Origin: Octopus bimaculoides
Lineage: Eukaryota
Length of the DNA: 64,000 bases
Direction: 5' to 3'
Assembly (NCBI RefSeq): GCF_001194135.2
Contig: NC_068995.1
Location: 50,822,860 to 50,886,859, forward strand
This document shows, in pieces, positions 1 through 11,485 of this stretch. Position 1 is the stretch's first letter. Each line of letters begins with the position of its first letter. The notes under the pieces were generated by a model. That model saw nothing but the letters and a program-made list of their open reading frames with translations. It did not search any database and was not told where the DNA came from. Both the position numbers and the translations under genes were made by a program.

Positions 1-112
1 TTAGAATGACATTGTAGGGCTGAGGTGAGAGGCCAGATCTGGCCAGTTTCAATAAAAAAAACAGGTCAAATATTCTGGCTGGATATGGTCAGTTTGAATG
101 CTAAAGGGTTAA
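1..112. mobile_element. Right end of a piggyBac-type MITE
   Basis: Ends ...GAATGCTAAAGGG followed by TTAA (piggyBac TSD/terminus pattern). A homologous, more decayed copy is at about 6451-6608. Confidence 0.6.
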
Positions 113-349
113 GAGTTGTTTGTGTGATTTCTAAATCTGAACTTTTTTATTAGTTTAATCGAATCCATTTCAAACGTCTCAAAGTACTTGAGAAGGGGAC
201 AGATAGAGAACAAGGAAGAAGGGAGAGAAAGAGAAAAATAAAGGAGAGAAGGGAAAAAGAGAGAGACGGAGATAGGAGTGATTAGCTAAAATAAACACTT
301 GACAAGCTTTCTGATGCCTTTGAGACTATAAAACATCGTTGGCGCTTAC

Positions 350-413
350 CTGGCGAACTGTTGTCAGGGCTCATTTGATTATAGCCTGGGTTTGTACTGT
401 AGTCAGCAGTTGG
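350..413 (-). CDS. ARNT: ARNT exon 14 (PTADYSTNPGYNQMSPDNSSP+G), 64 nt
   Basis: Acceptor ctcttgtcattttag|, donor CAG|GTAAGC, phase 0 continues exon 13. Confidence 0.85.
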
Positions 414-769
414 CTAAAATGACAAGAGAATATAAAGTTTACATTGTAACAAATAACTCTTAGATGAGTTCAAAAGTGTACCTATACATGTACGCATCTT
501 CTTTCATCTTTTACTTGTTTCAGTCATTAAACTGCGGCCATGCTGGGGCACCGCTTTGAACAATTCTCAGCTGAATGACTCAATCTCAATACTCTTCCTT
601 TTGTACACATAGCATACCTCTTCTTTCGGGTCATACTGCGTCATACCTTCTTGAGGATATGACACAGTACCCGCCTCTGTTTTCAGTGTCTCCATCACAG
701 AAGTGAGGTTACAATAGCTTGCTGCCATAATCAAACAGTAAAAATTTCCATCAGAACACAGCTTGTCAA

Positions 770-890
770 CATGTGCTTTCATGCAGATAAAAGAGTTCTC
801 GGTTCCGCTTGTTACTATGGAAACAGGCATGTGCTTTCTCACAGGAAAAAGAGTTCTCATGTTCTGCTTGTTACTATGGAAACAGGCATG
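770..890. repeat. Tandem duplication, ~59-bp unit x2
   Basis: CATGTGCTTTC...AAAGAGTTCTC...GCTTGTTACTATGGAAACAGG repeated. Confidence 0.9.
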
Positions 891-1194
891 AATGTGTCTG
901 TCGCTTATGATTAGTTAAAATCACCAAAATTTTTAACCTTTAATTGCTAATAATTCTTTATTTATTGATTTATAGCAAAAATGATTTTCACGTAATTCAT
1001 TAGCCTGTAAAGGTGTATCATTACACTGAATATGAAATCAATTCAAGCAACCCTGGAAGAATGAGAATAAAGTTCACTTGAGCAGGACTTAAAACTCAGG
1101 ATAGAAAGGGCTGCAACTAAACACCACAAGGTATTTTGCCCAATGCTCCACTAATTTCACCAACCCCATCATCCTAGTGTGTGTGTGTGTCTGT

Positions 1195-1263
<69 letters not shown>

Positions 1264-1486
1264 CATATATATTTCATCCTTGTCTCAGTTTTATGGAGAT
1301 ATAAGCCTATAAATGAGGTAATTTACAATGGAACAAGTAAAATATCACAACATATACACAAACGCAGCTGTAGATAAGGCTTGAACCTATGACCAAGTGG
1401 TCAGTAGTCTGCATTCCTAACTTTTGCAACCATATAGCTTCATCACAACCAAACTAAAATATGAGAAAAGTGAAAAGGATACAAAC

Positions 1487-1886
1487 CTGGCTTTGTGCGT
1501 ATGCTCCTTGACTAGACCAAGCATTACCAGCCATTTGAGAGGGACTCTGATTAGGGTGTCTGACCAAAGATGGCATTGTTGTGGCAGGAGATACCTGAGG
1601 AAGTGACATGGCAGCACTGGGGTATTTCATTGTAGACTGAGAATTGTAGCCGTACAAGTCTTGTTGGGTAAGGTTACGATTAGTGCTTAGCATACTGCGG
1701 CTGTAAACATCGGCTGTAGAATAAGGATCACGGTAATCTGTTTTCACGTTAGCTGTTCGTAAACCTAAGGAGTCTGTAGGTAGGCCCCGAGGAGTGGCGT
1801 ATGTGTTTATAGTCGGCGTTGGCTCTGAACTTTGATCAGTTGGATTCTGCATAGTTGGGGCTGTAGAATTACCTTGCTGGACACTT
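1487..1886 (-). CDS. ARNT: ARNT exon 13, S/T/P/Q-rich C-terminal region (SVQQGNSTAPT...SSQGAYAQSQ), 400 nt
   Basis: Acceptor ttttgttctag|, donor CAG|GTTTGT, open frame in phase with exon 12, low-complexity composition typical of a transactivation region. Confidence 0.9.
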
Positions 1887-3507
1887 CTAGAACAAAATTT
1901 GGGGATTAAATTCTCAAGAAAATTTGAACTGCAAAATTGAATATGGTAACAAATAAAAAGCATAAATAAAAATGAAAAATGGTTTTGTTACATTAATTCA
2001 AACAGTACAGATTTAATCCAACTAAAACTTAACTAAGTTTAACTCGGATTCCAGACAAACATAACAACTTCATAGGGAATATATATATATATAAACGAGT
2101 TATATTTAAATTAATATGACTTGGTAATATGTATCATGATTTCACTATTTGCATTAGATGCCAATGTAGTCACTCTTGGTTCTCTAATTCCTTGACCTCG
2201 TGAAACATTGAAGATATGACAGTTAGAAGAAGAAAGGGATGCACCAGCATTAGGCTTGTACACATTTTCTGCTAAGTAGAGATGACCAACATGAATGTAA
2301 GTGCATTGCTCAGGGATACAATGCACAACCTGGTCTAAGAATTGAAATCACAGCCATATGATTGTGACCCCAACACCCTTCACATATACACCTTATAATC
2401 ACTGAAAAAATATCAACTGGCTCATGTGGCCCAAGCCCAGTGATGTGGCCCCAACTATTTTTGATAACACCTAAGCCAGCAACATAGGTCAGCTAACATA
2501 TTAGTGTTTGAGCCAACCTGAAATGCCTCTATGTGGTCACTTGATTCGCTAGAACAGCAGCCAGATTTTTTTGGGGATTACACTCCACTGTCTTAGAAAA
2601 AGACATAATGGATAATGTAGTCTTGAATTCCCTGAATATAGGGAAAAAGAAAAACCAGGTTGGTCATGGCAAGAAAGCTTATATATCTGCCCAATCGGGG
2701 TCGATCTTAGCTCAAGCAAAAACAAACTAAACTACAACTTTTGTTTATCGTTTCTGAAACTCTGATAAATTTTACCTCTTTTCAGGCATCTGGTGATGGA
2801 GTGCCAAATAGAAATAAACAAACAAATTTATCTGACAATGGCTGGCTTGGAATTGAAACCACGAATCTCTCTACTTCCACTATCAACATATGTGATATGA
2901 TTCCTATGTTTCAAAAGTTTAATACATTGTCCTAAATGGAGAAAACATTATTTGCCAACATAACATGGCAGTCCTGGTATAGGATGAATGTTGCTGTAAT
3001 TTAGCCCCAGGAGACATCGTCTCCAGCTGGCTACATGACACGATTTGTGTCCTTATATTTTCGAACAAGGGAATCCTAAATGTTTCCAAAAGTAAAAATA
3101 ATGTTGATGTGTTTTAAGTGTTTTTCTTATTTTCTTATGTTGGTATGAAGCCTGATATAATTAAAGGTAGCTGAAATGGGTAATCCATTTTCAAAAAGCA
3201 TTCATGGCATAAACAAAACAAAATGAAGTGAAATGACATTATTCTAACTGGAAATAAAAGCTCAGATCACTAAAAACTTATCCAATGTTTAGAAGTGTGC
3301 TGATGAGAGAGCCTTTATGTGGCTGCTTGGCATACGAAATAGCAACCAAATCTCCTTCATATTACACATTCTATCATTGTAATTGGAGAAAGGATACATT
3401 GGATAAATGTAGTCTGAGATACACAATGCATGAGAAGATATGACAATCTTGGTTGAAATGCTTTAGACCATAGATCCACTGAGTTAGGACTGACTCGTGT
3501 CTAAACT

Positions 3508-3542
<35 letters not shown>

Positions 3543-3582
3543 AAATACACATACGCATATTCTTAAATTTCTGATTACTTAC

Positions 3583-3733
3583 TTAGCAGAACTGTTGTTA
3601 CAAACTATGTATTCCACTTCGTCTGTGTAAGGGTTTTGGAAACTAAAACTGCTTGTTCTCAGCCACATCCATTCCCGATTCGATGCTCTAAAACGGTACA
3701 TAATGGACATCACCTGGCCTTTCAGTTTTAATA
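3583..3733 (-). CDS. ARNT: ARNT exon 12, PAS-B/PAC ([51 protein letters not shown]), 151 nt
   Basis: Acceptor ttattttgcag|, donor AA|GTAAGT, FQNPY.DE.EYI.C motif. Confidence 0.97.
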
Positions 3734-3829
3734 CTGCAAAATAAACAATAAAAGTTCTTAGACCATTTGGTAATCCACCCCATAGATAGATGACTTAATG
3801 TATAAATATATATACGGTCCATTGCTTCA

Positions 3830-4335
3830 CCTACCAAGGTATTGCACCATCACATCAGATGCCAAGATCGACAATAGACCAGCAAAGGTGAACAGGGCAT
3901 TTGGTAGACTGTACAAATGCATGTGGAAAAACAAACACCTGAAAAAGGGCACCAAGATCAGTGTGTCGAGTGCCTTAGTCCTTACCACTCTCCTAAATAG
4001 CTCAGAGTCATGGGTCACTTATTGTCATCATCTACAACACCTCGAGTGCTTCTGCCGACACTGTCTCCACACCATCCTCAACATCCACTAGAGCGACTTC
4101 ATCACCGATGGCAGAAGTTACTAGCATTGAAGCCATGCTGCTGAAGTCCAAGCTATGCTGGGCAGGGCATGTCTCCAGGATGAAAGAACATCACCTTTCC
4201 AAGACTCTCCACTGGCCATTGCAACAGAAGGGCATCAAAGAAGTCACACAAGGACTGTTTGTAAAAATCCCTTGATGCCTGTCACATCAACCATCACCAG
4301 TGGTCCACCCTTAGTGAGGACTGTGATGCCTGGCA
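3830..4335 (+). mobile_element. Decayed RTE/BovB-like LINE, RT C-terminal part
   Basis: Translation ...KVNRAFGRLYKCMWKNKHLKKGTKISVSSALVLTTLLNSSESWVTY...CLHTILNIH resembles the post-RT region of RTE-BovB LINEs, with frameshifts and stops. Confidence 0.75.
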
Positions 4336-4419
4336 CTTCACCATCAGTTAGATAACATAGTCTCAGGCACATGTTTATCTGAAAGAAAAAGAAAAATTAC
4401 AAGATGAGCAAGGCTGGAA

Positions 4420-4779
4420 AGCCAGAAGGCAGAAATCAGAGATGATCTGAGGTGTGAACAACAACCAAGTAGCACTCCTTTGGTTGACGAGTGTTCCATT
4501 TGATCCGATCCGATAGAACAACCTGCTTGTGAAATCAATGTACAAGTGGTTGAGCACTCCACAGATACATGTGCCCTTAACATAGTTCTCAGTGAGATTC
4601 AGCATGAAACAGAATGTGACAAAGCTGGCCCTTTGAATTACTAGTAAGACTCATTTTTGCCAGCCGAGTAAACTAGGGCAATGTGAAATAAAGTGTCTTG
4701 CAGGGACACAATGCTGGGAATTGAACTTATGACCTTATGATTGTGAGCTGAATACTTTAACCACTAAGCCATGTGCTTT
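4420..4779 (-). mobile_element. tRNA-headed SINE family F (related heads at about 26615-26816 and 59805-60070 minus)
   Basis: Head ATGGCTTAGTGGTTAAAGTATTCAGCTCACAATCATAAGGTCATAAGTTCAATTCCC, then core GCAAGACACTTTATTTCACATTGC. Confidence 0.7.
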
Positions 4780-4856
4780 CATTGAACAACATCTACAATA
4801 ACAACGGCAACAATAACAATTAAAATCAAAACAAAAGATAGAAACCAACAGCATAC

Positions 4857-4963
4857 CTTGTTCAAAGCTATCTTTCATATGGGCTTGGTCTTCCGGATGA
4901 TAAAAATCAAATGCAGATTTACCAAGAAGTTCCTGAGGTTGGTAGCCTAGTACTGCTGTCACT
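4857..4963 (-). CDS. ARNT: ARNT exon 11, PAS-B (VTAVLGYQPQELLGKSAFDFYHPEDQAHMKDSFEQ), 107 nt
   Basis: Acceptor tttgtgcag|, donor AG|GTATGC, GYQPQELLGK and HPED motifs. Confidence 0.97.
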
Positions 4964-5230
4964 CTGCACAAAATAAACGAAGTAAGACATACAAGAATAG
5001 AGCTATTTCAAATGATGACAGCGTAACAAATGCAATACAGTTTTCTTTTATCATCTTATATTAGACATGAAGACGAGACACACCACATATCCTGTTAATT
5101 ACCGTACTTGTATGCCATTGTTCCATTATGAAGCCATTTCAAGCTACTAAAACTTGGGGTTGCTACTGCTGCTGCTGCACCTCCTCCTCCTCCTCCTCAT
5201 TTAACGTCCATTTTCTATGTTGACATCAAT

Positions 5231-5445
5231 ACTCTTTTACTTGCTTCAGTCATTTGACTGCGGCCATGCTGGAGCACCGCCTTTAGTCAAGCAAATCGAC
5301 CCCAGGACTTATTCTTTGGAAGCCTAGTACTTATTCTATCAGTCACTTTTGCCGAACCGCTAAGTTACGGGGACGTAAACACACCAACATAGGTTGTCAA
5401 GTGATGTTGGGGAGGACAAACACAGACACACAAACACATAAACAC

Positions 5446-5476
<31 letters not shown>

Positions 5477-5643
5477 TATATGACAGGCTTCTTTCAGTTT
5501 TTGTCTACCAAATCCACTCACAAGGCTTTGGTTGGCCCGAGGCTATAGTAGAAGACACTTGCCCAAGGTGCCACGCAGTGGGACTGAACCCGGAACCATG
5601 TGGTTGGTAAGCAAGCTACTTACCACACACCCACTCCTGCACC
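5231..5643 (-). mobile_element. Full-length tRNA-headed SINE, family A, with central (TA/TG)n tract
   Basis: Head GGAGTGG.TGTGTGGTAAGTAGCTTGCTTACCAACCACATGGTTCCGGGTTCAGTCCC (pol III A/B-box-like), core GGCACCTTGGGCAAGTGTCTTCTACTATAGC, tail ...GACTGAAGCAAGTAAAAGAG. Confidence 0.85.
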
Positions 5644-5685
5644 TATGTACATATTAAATTCTGAGAAATAATCTAGGAATCTTAC

Positions 5686-5866
5686 CGCTGGTCAACAAAC
5701 GTAAACTTTCCGTCTATGCTGTGTCGGGTAATAAATTCTGAGGAAGCGTTTTGTCCCATGAGATCATTGCAGTTTGTAGCACTGGTTACCTGCAGTCGAC
5801 CTATACCAACCAGGCAGCAGTGGCTGTGGGGCTCCTCTCCATCTTGACGCTCTATCTGTTGCACTC
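5686..5866 (-). CDS. ARNT: ARNT exon 10, PAS-A end and PAS-B start (VQQIER...CLVGIGRLQ...EFITRHSIDGKFTFVDQR), 181 nt
   Basis: Acceptor ttcctttgtag|, donor CG|GTAAGA. Confidence 0.97.
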
Positions 5867-6286
5867 CTACAAAGGAAACAAATCCATTTTCAAGGTCTGA
5901 AAGTAAGTAATACAGACGTTAGCACTGTGTTGATATGGAACACGGTGAAGAACAACATAGCTACAGAGAAGAACAGGAAAAGCACACAGAGACTAAACAC
6001 ATAAGGAGAAAGGTGTTTAACGACTACCATAAGGAGAATATCGTTTAATAATAGAAATAACAACAGCAGTAGTACTTATCATGTTGTTAGTAATATAGGT
6101 TTCAAATTTTGGCACAAGGTCAGAAATTTTGGGAGGAGGGGATAAGTTGATTCCAATGACCCCCCAGTGTTCAACTGGTACTTAATTTATTGACCCTGAA
6201 AGGATGAAAGGCAAAGTTGGCTTCAGTGGAATTTGAACTCTTAGTTTTCAGATTATTCAGTCAAATGTAATGCTTATTTATATTTA

Positions 6287-6449
6287 CATCATCATCATCA
6301 TCATCATCATCGTCGTCGTTTAACGTCCGCTTTCCATGCTGGCATGGGTTGGACGATTTGACTGAGGACTGGTGAAACCGGATGGCTACACCAGGCTCCA
6401 ATCTAAATTTGGCAGAGTTTCTACAGCTGGATGCCCTTCCTAACGCCAA
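6287..6449 (-). mobile_element. RTE LINE 3' UTR fragment (further copies at about 6955-7093, 20987-21250, 33700-33900 and 54620-54920 minus; 17345-17590, 23762-23997 and 46226-46398 plus)
   Basis: CATCATCGTTTAACGTCCGCTTTCCATGCTGGCATGGGTTGGACG motif shared among copies. Confidence 0.85.
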
Positions 6450-6450
6450 T

Positions 6451-6608
6451 TGTTTATAATTAACCATGTCATTATCTTGTAGCTTTGAGAGTTTTACATG
6501 ATTGTATATTTTTAGAATGACATTGTAGGGTAGTGTGACAGGCTAGAACTGGGTGGTTTGAACATAAAAGAGGTTCAATATTTGGGCCTGATATGACCAT
6601 TGGAATGC
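6451..6608. mobile_element. Decayed copy of the same MITE family as 1-112
   Basis: Shares TTAGAATGACATTGTAGGG and downstream sequence with positions 1-100. Confidence 0.55.
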
Positions 6609-7221
6609 CTTTACTAGAATACTCTCTTTTGCAAACACTCAGACTAAATCACTGATCTGAAGATAATTCCTGACTCATTATTTCTTCCTTCATCCCTGCT
6701 TTGGAGACATCACTAACAGAAATCACACAAGAAAGACTTCCTCTTCCGACAAAACAGTATCAAATAATACCCCCACCCCAAAGATATTTAAAAATGATAA
6801 ACTGATTTTGCCCAAATTCTTTCCAACTCACTTTACTCGTCTCCTCCTTTTCCAGTAAATTTTGAAGAATCTCACATTTTAAACAGTGGTAGAAGACCTA
6901 CCTTGATCCAGCAAATTGACTATTCTTCGTAGTTTTCTTTGTTTATATGAATCACCATCATCATCGTCGTTTAACGTCCGCCCTCCATGCTAGCATGGGT
7001 TGGACGATTTGACTGAGGACTGGTGGACCAGGAGGCAACACCAGGCTCCAATCTGATTTGGCAGAGTTTCTACAGCCGGATGCCCTTCCTAATGAGTTTC
7101 TACTAGTACATGATTTTTCAGGCATTAATTTGTCCTGCACATTATGTTAAATACAAAATAATTTTCTTACCAGTTTAAAAAAAAAAAAAATCCTTAACAT
7201 CATTCTTATGATGATTCAATG

Positions 7222-7425
7222 AGTTTCTACAATGTCACTCAACCTGCTAGAAATAGCAGCTAAATCTCCCACAAAACACACCTTATTGTCCAGAAAACAA
7301 AGAGACACATTGGATAGTGCAGTTCTAAATAACCAGCACTTGAGACAAGGACCAGATGATCATGGTTGGAAAACTGCTTTTGATCATGTCTGCTAGCTCA
7401 GACCGGGGCCTGGAGCTATACAACA
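7222..7425 (+). mobile_element. Dispersed ~220-bp repeat family C with AAC-rich tail, probable retroposon 3' end (others at about 2525-2730, 3310-3510, 21555-21785, 32605-32822, 35330-35550, 44130-44290, 47490-47650, 49775-49978, 53630-53812 and 60150-60342 plus; 25075-25490, 54190-54325, 58300-58385 and 62040-62235 minus)
   Basis: Shared GCTAGAAATAGCAGC.AAATCTCCCTCAAATCACAC...CATTGGATAATGTAGTC...TTTGATCATAGGTCTGC...CTGGGGCTAAACAAC. Family identity not determined. Confidence 0.7.
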
Positions 7426-8061
7426 CTATCTCTTATGAGTTAACCAACCATGGAAACCTTTACTAATATTCTCTATGTGGTCTAGCAATATGCACATACT
7501 ATTTTCTGTGTCCACATACCCACCCAACTTCATGCTTTTTCTACGTTGACTGGCACGTCAATGTTCAATGTTTGAAGCTATTGTTTAACACCAAGTCAGT
7601 TTCATAGAATAGACCTTATGCTTCAGGACACTCCAGCAATGACTATCTCATTTGGGACTACAGTGTCCAATGTGTTGTTCTATTTTCAAGACACTAGTGT
7701 ATGGTTACAGGGATATTTGGCAGTCATTTCGAAAGAGTCAAGCTGCCGCAGAGGCTCTCCTGCTGGTTTGTAATATCCCAAGCCGTGAGCATTAAAAATA
7801 TGACTACTGAGAAGACACATCGCCATGCAGCCAGAAACTGGTCCCAACCATTTTGCTGGCTTTGGTTTTCAAGTTGGGAAATCAATAATTTGGCTTTGGT
7901 GTTTTGGAACCTCTTGGGTAGGGCAGCTGAAGTAGTAATGAGCTGCTAACAGATATCATAAAAAATACAATATTCTCATGGTATTGTTATCATTATATCT
8001 TAATGACACTGTAATGGATTTTCTGTGTTTTTTTAATTTTTTTTATTTCAAGGTGCCTTAC

Positions 8062-8262
8062 CTCTGTTAGATGGAGGCCAGTTCTTTATATAACCTGTAA
8101 CATGGACAACTGAATAGCTATTGCCATCAGAGGATGGACCAAATGCGTTTCTCTGACGGACTCGAATTGTATGGTTGGCAGTCACAGGATCGACTTGGAC
8201 GTTACCCATCTTCATGCGGCAAATGAAACCACGCCGAGAACCCATGCACAAACGTATGGATG
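8062..8262 (-). CDS. ARNT: ARNT exon 9, PAS-A (SIRLCMGSRRGFICRMK...VVHVTGYIKNWPPSNR), 201 nt
   Basis: Acceptor tccctgacag|, donor AG|GTAAGG, GSRRGFICRM and TGYIKNWPP motifs. Confidence 0.97.
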
Positions 8263-8403
8263 CTGTCAGGGAGGAAAGAGAAGGATGTAGAAAAATGTAG
8301 GTTAAAAAGAATCAACAATGAAAGCAATAAAAAAACAGTAAAAAGCAAAAAAAGTAAACAAAAAAATAAAGAATTTCCATTGATGTTGCTGATTTAATAC
8401 ACA

Positions 8404-8475
<72 letters not shown>
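8404..8475. repeat. (AAT)24 microsatellite, SINE-B tail. Other long tracts include (GT)n(AT)n 1177-1270, (AG)n 13678-13721 and 19160-19219, (TATC)n 35096-35140
   Basis: Directly visible simple repeats. Confidence 0.95.
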
Positions 8476-8690
8476 CTTTTCTACTATAGGCACAAGGCCT
8501 GAAATTTGGAGGGAGAGGACTAGTCAATTACATCAACCCCAGTATTCAACTGGTACTTGATTTATCAACCCTGAAAGGATGAAAAGTGAGGTCGACCTCA
8601 GCAGAATTTTAACTTAGAATGTAAAGATGGGCGAAATACCACTAAGCATCTTGCCTGGCATGCCAACGATTCTGCCAGCTCTCTGCCTTA
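8474..8690 (-). mobile_element. tRNA-headed SINE family B with (ATT)n tail (others at about 1020-1165, 6098-6242, 8734-8836, 9390-9528, 9848-9995, 18500-18680 and 27870-27936 minus; 39065-39210 plus)
   Basis: Head AAGGC.G.GAGCTGGCAGAATCGTT.GCA, B-box-like TTCTAAGTTAAAATTC, body GTCGACCTCACTTTTCATCCTTTCAGGGTTGATAAAT, tail TTGTGCCTATAGTAGAAAAGATTATT. Confidence 0.8.
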
Positions 8691-8696
8691 ATAATG

Positions 8697-8730
<34 letters not shown>

Positions 8731-9071
8731 CAATCCTTTCTACTATAGGCGCAAGATCTGAAATTTTGAGGTAGGGGACCAGTTAATTACATCAACCCCA
8801 GTACTTGACTGGTCCTTAATTTATTGACCCTGAAAGAATTTACCAACAAGGTTTTGACAGCTCAGGGTTATAGCAGAAGACATTTGCTCAAGGTACCACG
8901 CAGTGGGACTGAACCCAAAACTAAGTGGTTCGGAAACAAAGTTCTTGACCAGACAGCCCTGCCTATATTTATTTACTTGTACAGTAGGTGTGCCTGTATG
9001 TCTGTATAGCAGGGTGTACCTGGCTCAAACAGTAGTAGGATCGGTATGATTGACTAAGATCCCTTTTAAGT

Positions 9072-9169
9072 GGTAGACGGACAATTCGTCGACAGACAGT
9101 TGGCCAACAGACAGCTTGGACACTTCCGCATGTCGACTTATTGTCCAATTGGCGAATTGTCTGCACACT
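9072..9169. mobile_element. ~98-bp MITE (Mutator- or hAT-type TSD length)
   Basis: 20-bp TIRs at 14/20 identity sharing GACAATTCG, flanked by TTTTAAG at 9064-9070 and 9170-9176, internal GACAG repeats. Confidence 0.55.
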
Positions 9170-9283
9170 TTTTAAGCAATGCCTGACTTTGGCTGCAGTC
9201 CAATGATTGAACACAGGAAAAGAATATGAAGAAAGAAAGAAATGTGGGGAAAAGAAAAAAATAAAGATACTTTCTCAACTTAC

Positions 9284-9313
9284 ATTGATGACCTTCTTTC
9301 TTAACAGTTCCAG
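9284..9313 (-). CDS. ARNT: ARNT exon 8, 30-nt micro-exon (TGTVKKEGHQS)
   Basis: Acceptor ttatttttcag|, donor AT|GTAAGT, supplies the conserved GTVKKEGHQ needed between exons 7 and 9 (phase 1/1). Confidence 0.95.
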
Positions 9314-9574
9314 CTGAAAAATAATTTATAGATAGATTAAATCAATGAGTAATTAGAACTAATGGTAGTGGTGATTAGTTAATTAATGATTTCAAATTTT
9401 TGCCACAAGGGCAGCTTGGGGAAGGGGATTAAGTCGATTACATTGACCCCAGTGTTGCACTGGTACTTAATTTATCGACCCCGAAAGAATGAAAGGCAAA
9501 GTCAACCTCGGCAGAATTTGAACTCAGAACTCACAGTAAATTGTTGAGAAGAAATATATCGGTTGATTACTCAC

Positions 9575-9692
9575 TTTTCAAATCAAGAATACGTCCAGTG
9601 TTTTGGGATTCAGTAGTTGATAACTGTTCTCGGACTTTCTCAAGGTCGTCAGGATGCACCATATCGTAAATAGTATTTCCAAACCAGTCAGA
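9575..9692 (-). CDS. ARNT: ARNT exon 7, PAS-A ([39 protein letters not shown]), 118 nt
   Basis: Acceptor atttatag|, donor AA|GTGAGT, HPDD and GRILDLK motifs. Confidence 0.97.
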
Positions 9693-10176
9693 CTATAAAT
9701 AAATAAATAAATATATAGATAATGACTAAAAAAACAAAAACAAAATAAAATTATGAAGAAAATTAGAATTAATTTTTTTTATAATTATTTCTGTTTTATT
9801 TTTTGAGCAGTGGATCTTGAAGCACCTAAAGCTGTAAATAAACATTTCTACTATAAGCACAAGGCGTGAAATTTTAGGGGAGGGATTAAGTTGATTATAT
9901 CAACCCTAGTACTCAACTGGTACTTAATTTATCGACCCCGAAAGGATGAAAGGCAAAGTCGACCTCGGCATAACTTGAACTCAGAATGTAGCGACGGATT
10001 GCCCAAGGTGACATGCAGTGCAACTGAACCGGGAACCATGTGGTTGGAAAGCAGACTTATTACCACATGACAAAAAACTTACCATGTGATTAGTCATCCT
10101 GGTAGTAAATGTTGTATTGAATTGGCAGTTAAGGCAAAAGTCACGGACGCAAAGATGTATCAGTGACTTTTCTCAC

Positions 10177-10309
10177 TACATAATGTCATTCCTTACTTGT
10201 AAGCAGTTGACATTATGTAATTAATTGTTTGTATCAATGATCTTTACCTTAACAACTACATAAGAAGTGACATTATGTTATTAACTGCTTGCATCAACAA
10301 CCTTTACCT
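10177..10309. repeat. Mixed inverted/direct repeat built on TGACATTATGT
   Basis: 12-bp inverted pair 10177-10188/10208-10219, and a ~42-bp direct repeat with period 60 (10208 and 10268). Confidence 0.75.
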
Positions 10310-10831
10310 CTCAGCCATTTCAACAGAACGTTGATTACACGGATGACTAATCACAAATCACACATTAGTTTCCTCCTTCCGTCCTCACTTCCCTCTACTG
10401 CTTCAACCCACCACCTCTACACTATACTCAAAATTACTCCTGTACTATAAACAAGGAAGATTTGTTCACACCAAACTCTGTTTTGAGGAGTTAATATTGA
10501 TAAAACTTAGAAGTAAACAATCACTGATGATAATACTGTGTGTGTATGTGTGTGTGTATGTGTGTGTGTGTGTGTGTGTGTATGTGTGTGTGTGCATGTC
10601 TAAAAACTGGTGCACTTCATGTGTTTTTTTATGCCTCATAATTTAGTGGTTTGACAAAATAAGTACAAGACTGAAATATGTATTAGTTTTGATATAATCA
10701 ACTAAACTCTTCAAGATGGTTTACCAGTAGAGCTGAAGTCTAAAGGCAGAAACCAGCAAAAGAGTACAAGCACACACACACACACACACACACACACATG
10801 CAAATGTATACCAACAAAGCAATCTACGTAC

Positions 10832-10924
10832 CTGAGATTGATTAAGAACTGGGCATACAGAGTCGGATACATAAATAATTCTTCCTGTATCACATTGGAC
10901 CACAAACAGAAAACCATCTGCTGC
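10832..10924 (-). CDS. ARNT: ARNT exon 6, PAS-A start ([31 protein letters not shown]), 93 nt
   Basis: Acceptor attccag|, donor CAG|GTACGT, PAS-A motif. Confidence 0.97.
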
Positions 10925-11485
10925 CTGGAATTGAATAAAGAGGAACACATTGAATGAAAAAATATCCATGTCAACAGAGACAATCAATATACCGTAAAGT
11001 GATTTGATGGTAAAAGAAAGCAAGAATTATAACTGGTTCATTCTTTAAACATTTTCTAACACAAATTGAACATTTTTTCTATACCATCACGCTTTTGAAG
11101 GCCAACCTTCAAAGCTAAATTCAATTACTTTGTCAGAAGTATTACAATTTATACCTCTCTTTCAACACTCATCTGCACAAGATCTCACTTCTCAGCTACT
11201 GCATTGAATATTTTTTCCAATCCTTTTTAAGGGCTGCAACACAGTCCAATACACTCTGTACAAATATTTTCCATCTAATACCTGTAACATTTCAAACTGA
11301 ATATAAAATATGTTACCACCATCAAAATTGACCATCAGTTTAAGGAAGTATAGAATGGCTATGAGCATTGTTCTTCCTCATTAGATAAATGAATAAAGAC
11401 ATTAAATAGCTTGGAGATCAGAGAGACTCTCCTGGTCAAGCTGTTACTTCTTCACATTGAGTGGCCACAGCTCAAAGACTATGGA

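Noticed and set aside
567-860. 97-aa minus-strand ORF in intron 13
   Set aside because: It spans a tandem duplication and runs up to a SINE remnant, with no splice-compatible boundaries or recognisable domain.
1424-1606. Plus-strand ORFs overlapping exon 13
   Set aside because: Antisense shadows of the ARNT coding exon.
2741-2935. Plus-strand acceptor-like TTTTTCAG followed by an open frame
   Set aside because: Antisense to ARNT, no donor or partner exons, no recognisable product.
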